Source of the DNA: Hypanus sabinus
Lineage: Eukaryota
Direction of reading: 5' to 3'
Assembly: GCF_030144855.1 (NCBI RefSeq)
Contig: NC_082712.1
Location: forward strand, 12,834,001-12,898,000
Length of the DNA: 64,000 nucleotides
Made by a program: the position numbers and the translations under genes. Shown here piece by piece: positions 24,900-37,089 of the stretch; position 1 is the first letter of the stretch; every line of letters begins with the position of its first letter. The notes below the pieces were generated by a model that saw nothing but the letters and a program-made list of their open reading frames with translations, was not told the origin of the DNA and ran no database searches.

Positions 24900-27250
24900 G
24901 AGATGTCGTGATGGGAGATTTTAATCTCCCAAATATCAATTGGCATCTCGTAGACCAAGGTGTTTAGATGGGGTGGAGTTTGTTAGGTGTGTTCAGGAAG
25001 GTTTCTTGACACTAGAGGAGGGGCTGTACTTGATCTGGTACTGGGAAATGAACCTGGTCAGCTGTCAGATCTCTCAGTGGGAGAGCATTTTAGAGATAAT
25101 GATCACAATTCTATCTCCTTCACAATAGCATTGGAGAGGGATAGGAACAGACAAGTTAGGAAAGCATTTAATTTAAGTAATGGAAAATATGAGGCTATCA
25201 GGCAGGAACTTGGAAGCTTAAATTGGGAACAGATGTTCTTAGGGAAATGTACGGAAGAAACGTGGCAAATGTTCAGGGGATATTTGTGTAGAATTTTCTG
25301 TAGGCATGTTCCAATGAGACAGGGAAGTTATGGTAGGGTACATGAACCATGGTGTACAAAGGCTGTAATAAATCTAGTCAAGAAGAAAAGAAAAGCTTAC
25401 AAAAGGATCAAAGAGCTAGGTAATGTTAGAGATCTAGAAGATTATAAGACTAACAGGAAGGAGCTTACGAAGGAAATTAGGAGAGCCAGAAGGGGCCATG
25501 AGATGGCCTAGGTGGGCAGAATTAAAGAAAACCCCAAGGCATTCTACAAGTATGTGAAGAGCAAGAGGATAAGATGTGAAAGAATAGGATCTATCAAATG
25601 TGACAGTGGGAAAGTGTGAACGGAATCACAGGAAATAGCAGGAGTACTTAATACGCTACTTCGGTACTCACTATGAAAAAGGATCTTGGTGATTGTAGTG
25701 ATGACTTGCAGCAGACTGAAAAGCTTGAGCATGTAGACATTAAGGAAGAGGATGTGCTGGAGCTTTTGGAAAGCATCAAGTTGGATAAGTCACTGGGCCT
25801 GGATGAGATGTACCCAAGGCTACTGTGGGAGACAAGGGAGGAGATTGCTGAGCCTCTGGCAATGATCTTTGCATCATCAATGGGGACAGGAGAGTTTCTG
25901 GAGGGATTGTAAGGTTGCAGATCTTGTTTCTTTATTCAAGAAAGGGAATAGAGATAGCACAGGAAATTATAAATCAGTGTGTCCTACCTCAGTGGTTTAT
26001 GAACATTTGGAGAGGTATAATATGATTAGGAACAGTCCACATGGCTTTGTCAAGGGCAGGTCATGCCTTAAGAGCCTGAAGGAATTTTTTGAGGATGTGA
26101 CTAAATACATTGATGAAGGAAGTGCAGTAGATGTAGTGTATATGGATTTCAGAAAGGCATTTGATAAGGTACCCCATGCAAGGCTTATTGACAAAGTAAG
26201 GAGGCATTGCTTTGTGGTTGGAGAACTGGTTTGTCCACAGAAGGCAAAGTGTGGTTGTACACCGGTCATATTCTGTACGGAGGTCGGTCACCAGTGGAGT
26301 GCCTCAGGGATCTACTCTGGGACCCTTACTCTTCATGATTTTTATAAATAACGTCGATGAGGATGTGGAGGGATGGGTTAGTAAGTTTGCTGATGACACA
26401 AAGGTTGGAGGTGTTGTGAATAGTGTGGAGGGCTGTCAGAGGTTACAGCGGGACATTGATAGGATGCAAAACTGGGCTGCGAAGTTGCAGATGGAGTTCA
26501 ACCCAGGTACGTGTGAGGTTGTTCATTTTGGTAGGTCAAATATGATGGCAGAATATAGTATTAATGGTAAGACCCTTGGCAGTGTGGAGGGTCAGAAGGA
26601 TCTTGGGGTCTGATTTCATAGGATGCTCAAAGCAGCTGCACAGGTTGACTCTGTGGTTAAGAAGGCATACAGTGTATTGGCCTTCATCAAATGTGGAAAT
26701 GAAGTTAGGAGCTGAGAGGTAATGTTGCAGCTATATAGGACCCTGATCAGACCCCACTTGGAGTACTGTGCTCAGTTCTGGTCACCACACTACAGGAAGG
26801 ATGTGGAAGCCATAGAAAGGGTGCAGAAGAGATTTACAAGGACTTTGCCTGGATTGGGGAGCATGCCTTATGAGAATAGGTTGAGTGAACTCGGCCTTTT
26901 CTCCTTGGAGCAAATGAGGGTGAGAGGTGACCTGATAGAGGTGTACAAGATGATGAGAGGCATTGATCATATGGATAGTAAGGGGCTTTTTCCCAGGGCT
27001 GAAATGGTTGCCACGAGAGAACACAGGTTTAAGGTGCTGGGGAGTAGGTACAGAGGAGATGTCAGGAGTAAGTTTCTTTCTCAGAGAGTGGTGAGTGCGT
27101 GGAATGGGCTCCCAGCAACGGTGGTGGAGGCGGATATGATAGGGTCTTTTATGAGAGTTTTGGATAGGTACATGGAGCTTAGAAAGTTAGAAGCCTAGTA
27201 ATTTCTAAGGTAGGGACATGTTCAGCACAACTTGATGGACCGAAGGGCCT
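24900..27250 (+). mobile_element. CR1 LINE, 5'-truncated ORF2 (endonuclease end, RT, 3' UTR), degraded
   Basis: VLDLVLGNEP, YMDFRKAFDKVPH, SGVPQGSTLGP, KFADDTKVGG, HLEYCAQFWSP, RGDLIEVYK. Confidence 0.9.
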
Positions 27251-27689
27251 GTATTGTGCTGGCTGTAGGTTTTCTATGTTTCTTACCTACTGACTCACTT
27301 TCAAGGACTCTTCATCTCGTGTTCTCAATACTTATTGCTTATTTATTTACTATAATTATTTCTTTCATTTTGCATTTGTACAGCCTGTTGTCTTTACACA
27401 TTGGTTCTTTGCCTTATTGGTGTGTCTTTCATTGATTCTATTATTGTTATTTGATTTATTGAGTATGCCCACAGGAAAATGGATCTTAGGGTTGTATATG
27501 GTGACAGATGTGTACTTTGATAATGAATGAGTGCCTGCTCGGTGGTAACCTCCACCCAGGTATGAGGGTCCCAGACTGAATATGTCCTGCAGAGCTCTGT
27601 GGGGAGACGTAGAGTGCTGGGTGTCTCCGTTTCTTCAGCACCTGTATTTGCTGATTGTTGCCTTAACGAGAGTCCTTAACTGAATTGAC

Positions 27690-29020
27690 TTTATTACATG
27701 AGGACTAAAAATCTTTACATTATGTCTCCATCGAAATGTGCAATTTATAATAAATAGTAAGTAGGGCGGACAGTCAATGACATGTAGAAATACAATTGTA
27801 TCAGCATGAATTAATCAGTCTGATGGCCTGGTGGAAGAAGCTGTCCCGGAGCCTGTTGGACCTGACTTTAATGCTGCGGTATCATTTCCTGGATGGTAGC
27901 AGCTTGAACAGTTTGTGGTTGGGGTGACTCAGGTCTCTAATGATCCTTCGGGCCCTTTTTACACACCCGTCTTTGTAAATGTCCTGAATAGTAGGAAGTT
28001 CACATCTATATATCTGCTGGGCTGTCCTGCGATTGAGGGGACTACAGTTCCTATACCAGGCAGTGATGCAGCCAGTCAGGACGCTCTCAGTTGTGCCCCT
28101 GTAGAAAGTTCTTAGGATTTGGGGGCCCATCCCAAACTTCTTCAACTGTCTGAGGTGAAAGAGGTGCTGTTGTGCCTTTTTCACCACACAGCCAGTATGT
28201 ACAGACCACGTGAGATCCTCAGTGACATTTATGCCAAGGAACTTAAAGCTGTTCACTCTCTCAAGCCCAGATCCATTGATGTCAATAGGGTTGAGCCTGT
28301 CTCCATTCCTCATGTAGTCCACAACCAGCTCCTTTGTTTTTGCGACATTGAGGGAGAGGTTGTTTTCTTGACACCACTGTGTCAGGGTGGTGACTTCCTC
28401 TCTGTAGGCTGCCTCGTTATTATTTGAGATGATCAGTGTAGTGTTGTCAGCAAAATTAATTACAGATTGGAGCTGTGGGTGGCGACACAGTCATGGGTAT
28501 ACAGAGAGTAAAGGAGGGGACGTAGTACACAGCCCTGAGGGGCACCTGTGTTGAGGGTCAGAGGGGTGGCGGTGAGGGAGCCCACTCTCATCACCTGCTG
28601 GCGATCTGACAGGAAGTCCAGGATCCAGCTGCACAAGGCAGGGTGAAGGCCGAGGTCTCTAGGCTCCTTGTCGAGCCTGGTGGAGGGGTGGGCGGGATTC
28701 TGGTGTTGAATGCTGAACTGTAATCCAAGAACAGCATTCTCACATAAGCATCCTTCTTCTCCAGATGTGTAAGGACATCTGTGTGTAGAGCTGTGGCTGT
28801 TGAATCATCAGTCGATTGGTTGCATCAGTGGGCGAATCGTAGGGGGTCCAGTGTGGGTGGTAGCAAGCTGCAGATGTTGTCCTTGACCAGCCTCTCAAAG
28901 CATTTGCATATTACTGAGGTAAGCGCAACAGGACACCAGTCATTCAGGCACGTTACCTTAGCTTTGTGTTTTCTGTTTAATCTGGTCAAGTTAATTGTGA
29001 CTGGCACGGGTTTTCTGCTT
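27690..29020 (-). mobile_element. Rex1/Babar-like LINE RT and C-terminal fragment
   Basis: DWCPVALTSVICKCFERLVK, ERVNSFKFLGINVTEDLTWS, KKAQQHLFHLRQLKKFG. Confidence 0.8.
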
Positions 29021-29179
29021 TCCATGATTACTGAAAGGGGACTCTCATTTAGTGCTGAGTGGAGTGCTTGTGTTTGTGGAGAATGATTAGTCTCACAGTG
29101 TCACTCGATCGTCTCTCTGATACTCTGTTGGTATTCCAATGTCTAATCCCTTGTTTCCGTCTCTTCATGGGAGCACCTG

Positions 29180-29485
29180 GGTTCAGTCACGCCGGCGTTC
29201 ACCATGACAGAATCTGCTGTTCCTCCTCTCCTGGTTTGAGTCATTGTCAGCACTCACTGTGACAGAGTCTGCCATTCGCTCACTCCTGGGTTCAGTTGTC
29301 ATCAGTGCTCACCGTGACGGAATCTAAAGTTCCTCTGCTCCTGTGTTCAGTTGTCGTCATCACTCACAATGACGGAGTCTGCCGGTCCTTTGCCCCTGGG
29401 TTGAGTCATCGCCAACACTCACTGTGACAGAATCTGCTGTTCCTCCACTCCTGGGTTGAGTTGTACTGGTGCTCACCGTGACAAC
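29180..29485. repeat. Degenerate 55-bp tandem repeat, ~5.5 units
   Basis: gaca/gacg anchors at 29206, 29261, 29316, 29371, 29426, 29480. Confidence 0.85.
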
Positions 29486-29729
29486 GAGGCAGACGGTCAG
29501 ACTCCTGGTGGCAATGGTCACGGTCTGGCATGGCTTTCAAATGATGGTTCCTTCCCACTGACAGGCAGCCTCGAAAAGTTATTGACGCTCAACTGTCAAT
29601 CGTCTGCTGAGTCTAGTGTTCATTCTGATCAGAAGGAACAGCAGATCGCAGTCACCCTTCAGAGAGAGAGACATTCTTATATCCATTACTCTCACTCTCC
29701 TGAGAGCATCAGAATGGGAATGCAAGGGA

Positions 29730-30185
29730 ATGAGAGGGTTACCGGATGAGGAACGTCCGACAGCTCTTGGGCTGTATTCCCTCGAGTTCAGGAGAATGAG
29801 GGGGATCTCATAGAAACAATCCGAATGTCAAAAGGCCTGAACAGATTAGATATGGCAAAGTTATTTCCCATGGTAGGGGAGTCCAGGACAAGGCAGCACA
29901 ACTTCAGGAATGAAGGACGTCCATTTAGAACAGTGTTGAGGAGAAATTTCTTTAGTCAGAGGGTGGTAAATCTGTGGAATTTGTTACCACAGTCAGGTGT
30001 GGAAGCCAAGTCATTGGGTGTATTTAAGGCAGAGATAGATAGGTTAGTGATTAGCCGGGGCATCAAATGGAATGGGGAGAAGGCAGGGAAGTGGGGATGA
30101 CTGGAAGAATTGGATCAGCCCATGATTGAATGGCAGAACAGACTTGATGGGCCAAATGGCCTACTTGTGCTCCTATAGCTTATGG
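29730..30185 (+). mobile_element. CR1 3' fragment
   Basis: LGLYSLEFRRMRG, LFPMVGESRTR, RRNFFSQRVVNLWN. Confidence 0.85.
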
Positions 30186-30199
30186 TGGTTAAGTGGTTA

Positions 30200-32250
30200 A
30201 GTTAGAAACATTGAAACTGTACAGCACAATACAGGCCCTTCAGCCCACAAAGGTGTGCCAAATATGTCCTTACTTTAGAAATTACCGAGGGTTACCCATA
30301 GCCCTCTATTTTTCTCAGCTCCATGTACCTATTGAGGAGTTTCTTAAAAGACCCTATTATATCCAACTCCACTGCCATCACCAGCATTCAATTCCACACA
30401 CTCACCACACTCTGTGTAAAAATACTTGCCTCTGACATCGCCTCTGTACCTATTTCCACGCACCTAAAAACTGTGCCCACTCATGTTAGCCATTTCAGTG
30501 CTGGGAAAAAGCCTCTGACTATCCACACAGTCAATACCTCTCATCATCTTATACACCTCAATCAGGTCACCTATCATCCTCCGTTGCTCCAAGGAGAAAT
30601 GGCCGAGTTCATTCAAACTATTCTCATAAGGCATGCTCCCCAATCCAGGCAACATCCTTCTAAATCTCTTCTGCACCCTTCCTGTAGTGAGGTAACCAGA
30701 ACTGAGCACAGTACTCAGTGGAGGCTGATCAGGGTCCAATATAGCTGCAACATTATGTCTCAACTCCTAAACTCAATCCACAATTGATGAAGGCTAATGC
30801 ACCGTATGCCTTCTTAACCACAGAGTCAACCTGCACAGCTGCTTCGAGTGTCCTATGGACTCGGCCCTCAAGATCCTTCTCATCCTCTACACTACCTAAA
30901 GTCTTATCATTAATACTATATTCTGCCATCATATTCGACGTACCAAAATGAACCACCTCACACTTATCTGGGTTGAACTCCATCTGCCACTTCTCAGCTC
31001 AGTTTTGCACCCTATCGATGTCCCACTGTAACCTCTGACAGCCCTCCACACTATCCACAACGCCCCCAATCTTCGTGTCATCAGCAAATTTACCAACCCA
31101 TCCCTCCACTTACTCATCCATGTCATTTATAAAAATCATGAAGAGTAAGGGTCCCAGAACAGATCCCTGAGACACTCCATGGGTGACCGGTCTCCATGCA
31201 GAATATGACTCGTCTACATCCAATCTTTGCCTTCTGTAGGCAAGCCAGTTCTGGATCCACAAAGCAATGTCCTCTTGCATCCCATGTCTCCTTACTCTGT
31301 CAATAAGCCTTGCATGGGGTACCCTGTCAAATGCCTTGCTGAAATCTATATACACTACATCTACTGCTCTTCTTTCATCAATGTGTTTAGTCACATCCTC
31401 AAAAAATTCATTAGGCTCGGAAAGCATGACCTGCCTTTGACAAAGCCATGCCGACTACTTCTAATCATATTACGCCTCTCCAAATATTCATAAGTCTTGC
31501 CTCTTAGGATCTGTTCAATCAACTTACCAACCACTGAAATAAGACTCACTTATCTATAATTTCCTGGGCTATCTCTACTCTCTTTCTTGAATAAGGAACA
31601 ACATCCGCAACCCTCCAATCCTCCTGAACCTCTCCCTTCCTCACTGTTCATGCAAATGTCATCGCCAGAGGCTCAGCAATCTCCTCCCTCACCTCCAACA
31701 GTAGCCCGAGGTACACCTCCAACTTGATTTATCATACTTGATGCTTTCCTAAAGCTCCAGCTCATCCTCTTTCTTAATATCTATATGCTCAAGCTTTTCA
31801 GTCTGCTGTCAGTCATCCCTACAATCGCCAAGATCCTTTTCCGTAGTGAATACTGAAGCAAAGTACTCATTAAGTACATCTGCTATCTCCTCCAGTTCAA
31901 TATACACTTTATCACTATCACACTTGATTGGTCCTATTCTCTCCATCTTATCCTCTTACCCTTCACATACTTGTGGAATACCTTGGGGATTTCCTTAATC
32001 CTGTCCACCAAGGGCTTCTCCTGGCCCCTTCTGGCTCTCCTAACTTCATTCTTAAGCTCACTCCTGCTAGCCTTATAATCTTCTAGATCTCTATTCATTA
32101 TCTAGTTTTTAGAACCTTTCATAAGCTTTTCTTTTCTTCTTACTAAATTTACAACAGCCTTTGTACACCACGGTTCCTGTACCCTACCATCCTTCCCATC
32201 TCATTGGAAAGTTCCTGTGCAGAACTCCACGCAAATATCCCCTGAAAGTC
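30200..32250 (-). mobile_element. CR1 LINE 5'-truncated, degraded
   Basis: [37 protein letters not shown]. Confidence 0.88.
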
Positions 32251-32860
32251 ATTAAGAAGGCATACGGTGGTTTGGCTACATTAGTCGGAGGACTGAGTTC
32301 AAGACCTGTGAGGTAGTGTTACAGCTCTATAAAACCCTGCTTAGACCACACTCGGAGTACTGTGTTCAGTTCTGGTTGCCTCATTATAGGAAGGCTGTGG
32401 AAACTTTAGAGAGGATGCAGAGGAGATTTACCAGGATGCTGCCTGGATTAGAGAGAATGTCTTATGAGGATTGGTTGAGCAACTTAGGGGTTTCTCCTTG
32501 GAGTGAAGGAGGATGAGAGATGACTTGATAGAGGTCTATGAGATGATAAGATTGTGTGGTCATCCAGAGGTGGAAATGGCTAATACGAGGGGCATACTTT
32601 TTAATGTGATTGGAGAAATACATTGGGGTGAATGTCCGAGAAGGGATTCTCACACAGAGAGTGGTGGGTGTGTGGAATATGCTGCCAGGGCTGGTGGCAG
32701 AGGCAGATACGTAACAGACATTGAAGAGACTCTTGGATAGGCACATGAATGATAGAAAAGTGGGGGGCTGTGTGAGCGGGAAAGGTTGGATTGACAGAGT
32801 AGGTTGAAGGGGTAGCGCGACATGGTGGGCTGAAGGGCCTGTTCTGTGCCGCACTGTTCT
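32250..32860 (+). mobile_element. CR1 3' fragment
   Basis: LQLYKTLLRPHSEYCVQFW and 3' UTR gggctgaagggcctgttctgtgc. Confidence 0.8.
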
Positions 32861-32992
32861 ACGTTCCAGTGAATCCGAAGCTGCTCTGATCTTTCCTCGG
32901 CTGGTGGAGCTCCCTGCCTGTTCTAGATTTGTTATTGATCGTTCCCCTGTGTGCCGTGACTGGTTCACCCCCTCGCGCTGTCAGCTCAGTAC

Positions 32993-33045
32993 CTGACTGA
33001 GGCGGCTTCTGTTCCTGCTCCGATCGGGTCGAACGTGGAACATTC
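32993..33045 (-). CDS. Receptor cytoplasmic exon (53 bp, phase 2 to 1): (R)NVPRSTRSEQEQKPPQS
   Basis: Acceptor ggttcttttctcaacag|, donor CAG|gtactg; restores the frame shifted by the 40-bp exon. Confidence 0.7.
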
Positions 33046-33519
33046 CTGTTGAGAAAAGAACCGTATCATGAAATCACAGCATGTTCCCAGTTGTGGTCAT
33101 CCAAGATTACAACTGACCCAGTGGGCCAAGAAGGTCTGGATGGCCTGTTTCTGTGCTGTAATTGTTATATGGTACATGGTGATAACTGCATCAATATATT
33201 GGGACCAGGTTAGATCCTCAGAGATCTTGACACCCAGGAACTTGAAGCTGCTCACTCTCTCCACTTCTGATCCCTCTATGAGGATTGGTATGTGTTCCTT
33301 CATCTTACCCTTCCTGAAGTCCACAATCAGCTCTTTTGTCTTACTGACATTCAGTGCCAGGTTATTGCTGTGGCACCACTCGCTGGTTGGAATATCTCAC
33401 TCCTGTACGCCTCTCGTCACCACCTGAGATTCTACCAACAATGGCTGTATTGTCTTGTAATAAATAGATTATATATATAAACATATATATAGATATGAGA
33501 TAGATAGATAAAGAGAGAC

Positions 33520-34020
33520 AATTAAAATAAAGAAAGCTTTTGGCACACTGGCCCTGATTATTCAGAGTATTGTGTGCAGGAGATGGGATGTTACATTGAA
33601 GTTGTGGTAAGACGTTGGTGAGGGCTAATTTGGTATATTGTGTGCAGTTCTGGTCACCAACCTACAGGAAGTATGCCAATAAGATTGAAAGAGTGCAGAG
33701 AAAATTTACAAAGATATTGTTGGGACTTGAGGACCTGAATGACAGTAATAGGATGAATAGGTGAGGATGATATTCCCTGGAGTGTAGCAGAATGACAGGA
33801 GATTTGATAGAGATATACAAATTATGAGGGGTATAGATAGGGTTAATGCGAGCAGGCTTGTTTCAGTGAGGGTGGTGAGACGAGAGCTAGAGGTCATGGG
33901 TTAAGGGTGAAAGGTGAAATATTTAAAGGGGACATGAAGGGGAACTTCTTCTCTCAGAGAGTGGTGAGAGGGTGGAATGATCTGCCAGCAGACATGCTGG
34001 ATGCAGGTTCCAGTTTAAAA
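33520..34020 (+). mobile_element. CR1 3' fragment
   Basis: Degenerate CR1 RT C-terminus. Confidence 0.7.
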
Positions 34021-34185
34021 TTTAAGAGTTCAAGTCACTGCCCTCGGAGGGACCACTGGTGAGCATTTTCAAATTTCTGGGTGTCAACATCTCTGAGAGT
34101 CTATCATGGCCCTGACATATCATTGCAGTTGCAAAGAAGACAATACGATGGCTATGTTTCATTGGAGTTTGAGGAGATTTGGTGT

Positions 34186-35283
34186 TGTTATGTACCCTAG
34201 GGTTCATATTTTCTGTGGACAATCATTTTAAAATGTCTGGAGAATGAGACTGGCTTTTGGATACTGTTTGATCTGTTACAAAGAGAGAGAGGGAGGTGTC
34301 CAGTGTAATATGAAAGAGANNNNNNNNNNNNNNNNNNNNNNNNNNNNNNNNNNNNNNNNNNNNNNNNNNNNNNNNNNNNNNNNNNNNNNNNNNNNNNNNN
34401 NNNNNNNNNNNNNNNNNNNNNNNNNNNNNNNNNNNNNNNNNNNNNNNNNNNNNNNNTTATGGTTTCTCTGAAAGATGTTTACCTTTCCACAAGGACAGCT
34501 GTCTGCTTGTTAAAGTACCTTCAGGGAGAGGAGGACGTAGCAGTTTGATGGACAGCTGGTGTAAATACCAGGTCCGCTGTTACCCAGACACACACACACG
34601 GTTTTGGAGACTGGGTGAGCTTCTTGTGCCCACAGGAAGGTGGGGTTTTTGGCGGATCGATTCGGGGAAATCGATCAGTGGCTCGCGCAGTGCAGAAAAG
34701 ATGTGGCCGGTGGGGAGTTATTTGTGTGTCCAACCCTGGCCTGGGTTGATAACTCTACCACAGAAGAACAGTCACCTTGGTTATGGTCACAGTCGGTGAC
34801 TTTAAAGGAAGAGAAGAGGAGAGAGGAAGGTTTGAAACAGAAGAAACCTAGTGACAAAGAGGTCACTGTTTGGACTCTCTCCTCTGTAGCCTGTATGGGT
34901 GAGTTTGAGTTCCATTCGAATACCAGGTGTGACTGTCACATAGTTAATCCACAGGAGTGGATTCTCTGGTGAGGGGGAAACCTTTGTGATTACCAATTGT
35001 GTGTTACCCTTGTTTGGGTGTGGTAGTTCACTGAAGAAAGGCGCCCCTGTGGCAAATCGCTGTAGGAGTTATTTCGTATGTCGTGGAACTGGATAAGTGG
35101 CTATCACGGTTGTGTGTTTGAGGTAACCTTGTGGAATCTACCTGTGTGTGATAATCCTGGCCTGGGTTGGTAATTTTACCACTTGAAGATGGTACTAATA
35201 AACACTATTAGTTTCTAGCAATCCCAGACTCCAAAGTGGTTTCCATTTCTGCTGGTTCTTTAACCCGTCACGGGTACGTGACA
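34186..35283 (+). mobile_element. Probable solo LTR of the Gypsy A family inserted in a Rex-like fragment, containing an N gap
   Basis: tgttatg...gtacgtgaca termini and homology to 16851..17774. The flanks rejoin as a Rex segment (gagatttggt...gtcaacaaagactccagc). The TSD is imperfect (gtgt/gtac). Confidence 0.7.
34320..34456. other. Assembly gap (N run)
   Basis: Run of N following aaagaga inside the LTR. Confidence 1.
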
Positions 35284-35819
35284 GTACGTCAACAAAGACT
35301 CCAGCAAATTTCTACAGATGTAACAGGAAAACATTCTAACTGGTTCCATCTCTGTCTGGTATGGGGGAAATTCCAGACAATTCCCCTTCCCCCTCCCACT
35401 CTTTCTCTCCCTTCCTCCCCCTCAATTCCCCCTCTCTCTTTCCCTCCCTACCCCTTCTCTCCCTCTCTCCCCCTCCTCCTCTCCCTCTCTCCCCCTCCTC
35501 CTCTCCCTCTCTCCCCTGTGTAATGATTTGATCTGTATGAACAGAATGCAAGACAAGCTTTTCAGTGTGTCTCAGTACATGTGACCGTATTACCCCAATT
35601 CTCTCCTAAATCTCAAGGTCTAAGTTAATTCAGGTCAGCAAGGTGGATGTTTAAATTTGAGGGTCAAAAGCGAGTGAGAATCGAAGTGAGGGTGGTTACT
35701 GCTGCCTTTGGAATGCCTCCTTCGGCAAGTCTAGGTTTAACGCAGCATTCACCCCTCGTTTGCACAGATGGATCGACGCTCACTCACAGACGAATCTCAG
35801 TGGCTAAACTGCAGGTGGA

Positions 35820-36130
35820 AAGGCAGTGCAGTGGTTAGCGTAACACTCTACCCCACCAGCAACCCGTGTTCAATTCCCACCGCTGTCTGTAAGGAGCTTG
35901 CACGTTCTCCCCGTGACCACGTGGGTTTCCTCCGGGTGCTCCGGTTTCCTCCCACAGTCCAAAATCATACAGGTTAGGGTCAGTAAGTTGTGGGCATGTT
36001 ATGTTGGCGTTGGAAGCATGACAACACTTGCCAACTGCCCCCAGCGCAATCTCAGACTGTGTTGGTTAGTGACACAAATGACACATTCACTGTATGTCTC
36101 GTCATGCCTGTGACAAATAAAGCTGATAGT
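35820..36130 (+). mobile_element. V-SINE (HE1-like)
   Basis: tRNA-like head with gttcaattcc and V-domain core gttctccccgtgaccacgtgggtttcctccgggtgctccggtttcctcccaca. Confidence 0.8.
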
Positions 36131-36139
36131 CATGGAGTC

Positions 36140-36860
36140 AAGGAACAGTACACCACAGAAACAGACCCTTTGGCCCATCAAGCCCATGCTGAACCAGTAA
36201 TCTGCCTCGTCCCATCGACCTGCATCTGAACCAAAGCCCTTCAATTGAAATTGAACCCACATGCACCACTTGTGCTGGCAGCTCGTTCCACACTCTCACC
36301 ACCCTCTGAGTGGAGATGTTTCCCTCATGTTCCCCTTAAACTTCTCACCTTTTACCCTTTACCCATGACCTCTAGCTTCAGTCTCACTCAACCTCAGTGG
36401 AAAAAGCCTGCTTGCACTTACCCTATCTCTACCCCTCGTAATTTTGTATAACTCTATCAAATCTCCTCTCAATCTTCTATGTTCCCGATAACCCAGGTCC
36501 TCCAGACTCGGCAACATCCTTGTAAACTTTCTCTGTACTCTTTCAACCTTAATTACATCTTCCGTGTAGTTTGGTGACCAAAACTGCACACAATACTCCA
36601 AATCAGGCCTCACTGATGTCTTATACAACTTCAACATAACATCCATCTCCTTTACTCACTACATTGATTTATGAAGGCCAATTTGCCAAAAGCTTTCTTT
36701 GCATCCGTATCTATGGGTGATGCCATTTTCAATGAATTTGCTGATTCAGTTAATCACATTATCATCCAGATGATTGATAGAGATGACAAACAGTGGACCC
36801 AGCACCGATCCCTGTGGGACTCCACTAGTCACAGGCCTCCAGTGACTAATCAGATCTGTG
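36140..36860 (-). mobile_element. CR1 3' fragment
   Basis: [33 protein letters not shown]. Confidence 0.85.
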
Positions 36861-36945
36861 AACAAAGTCAGCACGCTGTGCTCAACCTGTGGGTGACGGA
36901 CCTCCCATTCAACCCCAGCCCGGTCTCCGTATCGATTCACCTTAC

Positions 36946-36985
36946 CTTTTCGTACCTCTGATGAAACCCATCAGCCAGACGTGAA
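36946..36985 (-). CDS. Receptor first cytoplasmic exon (40 bp, phase 1 to 2): (V)HVWLMGFIRGTK
   Basis: Strong acceptor gtctttttatttcttcag|, donor AAG|gtaagg; open in the frame set by the TM exon. Confidence 0.65.
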
Positions 36986-37089
36986 CTGAAGAAATAAAAA
37001 GACAATCATTATTGTACTTAAAAACTGAAATCCGTGTTGTGCACCAAGAAGTGCAGAGTAAGAAAGGTGCGTAGACAAAAGGAACTCTG

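Noticed and set aside
27555-27655. Possible extra cytoplasmic exon (GAEETETPSTLRLPTELCRTYSV...)
   Set aside because: Purine-rich acceptor and no frame-preserving donor.
35788-35808. 21-bp phase-2 micro-exon candidate (LATEIR) between the 40- and 53-bp exons
   Set aside because: Frame-compatible, but splice sites are mediocre and it abuts a SINE; no independent support.
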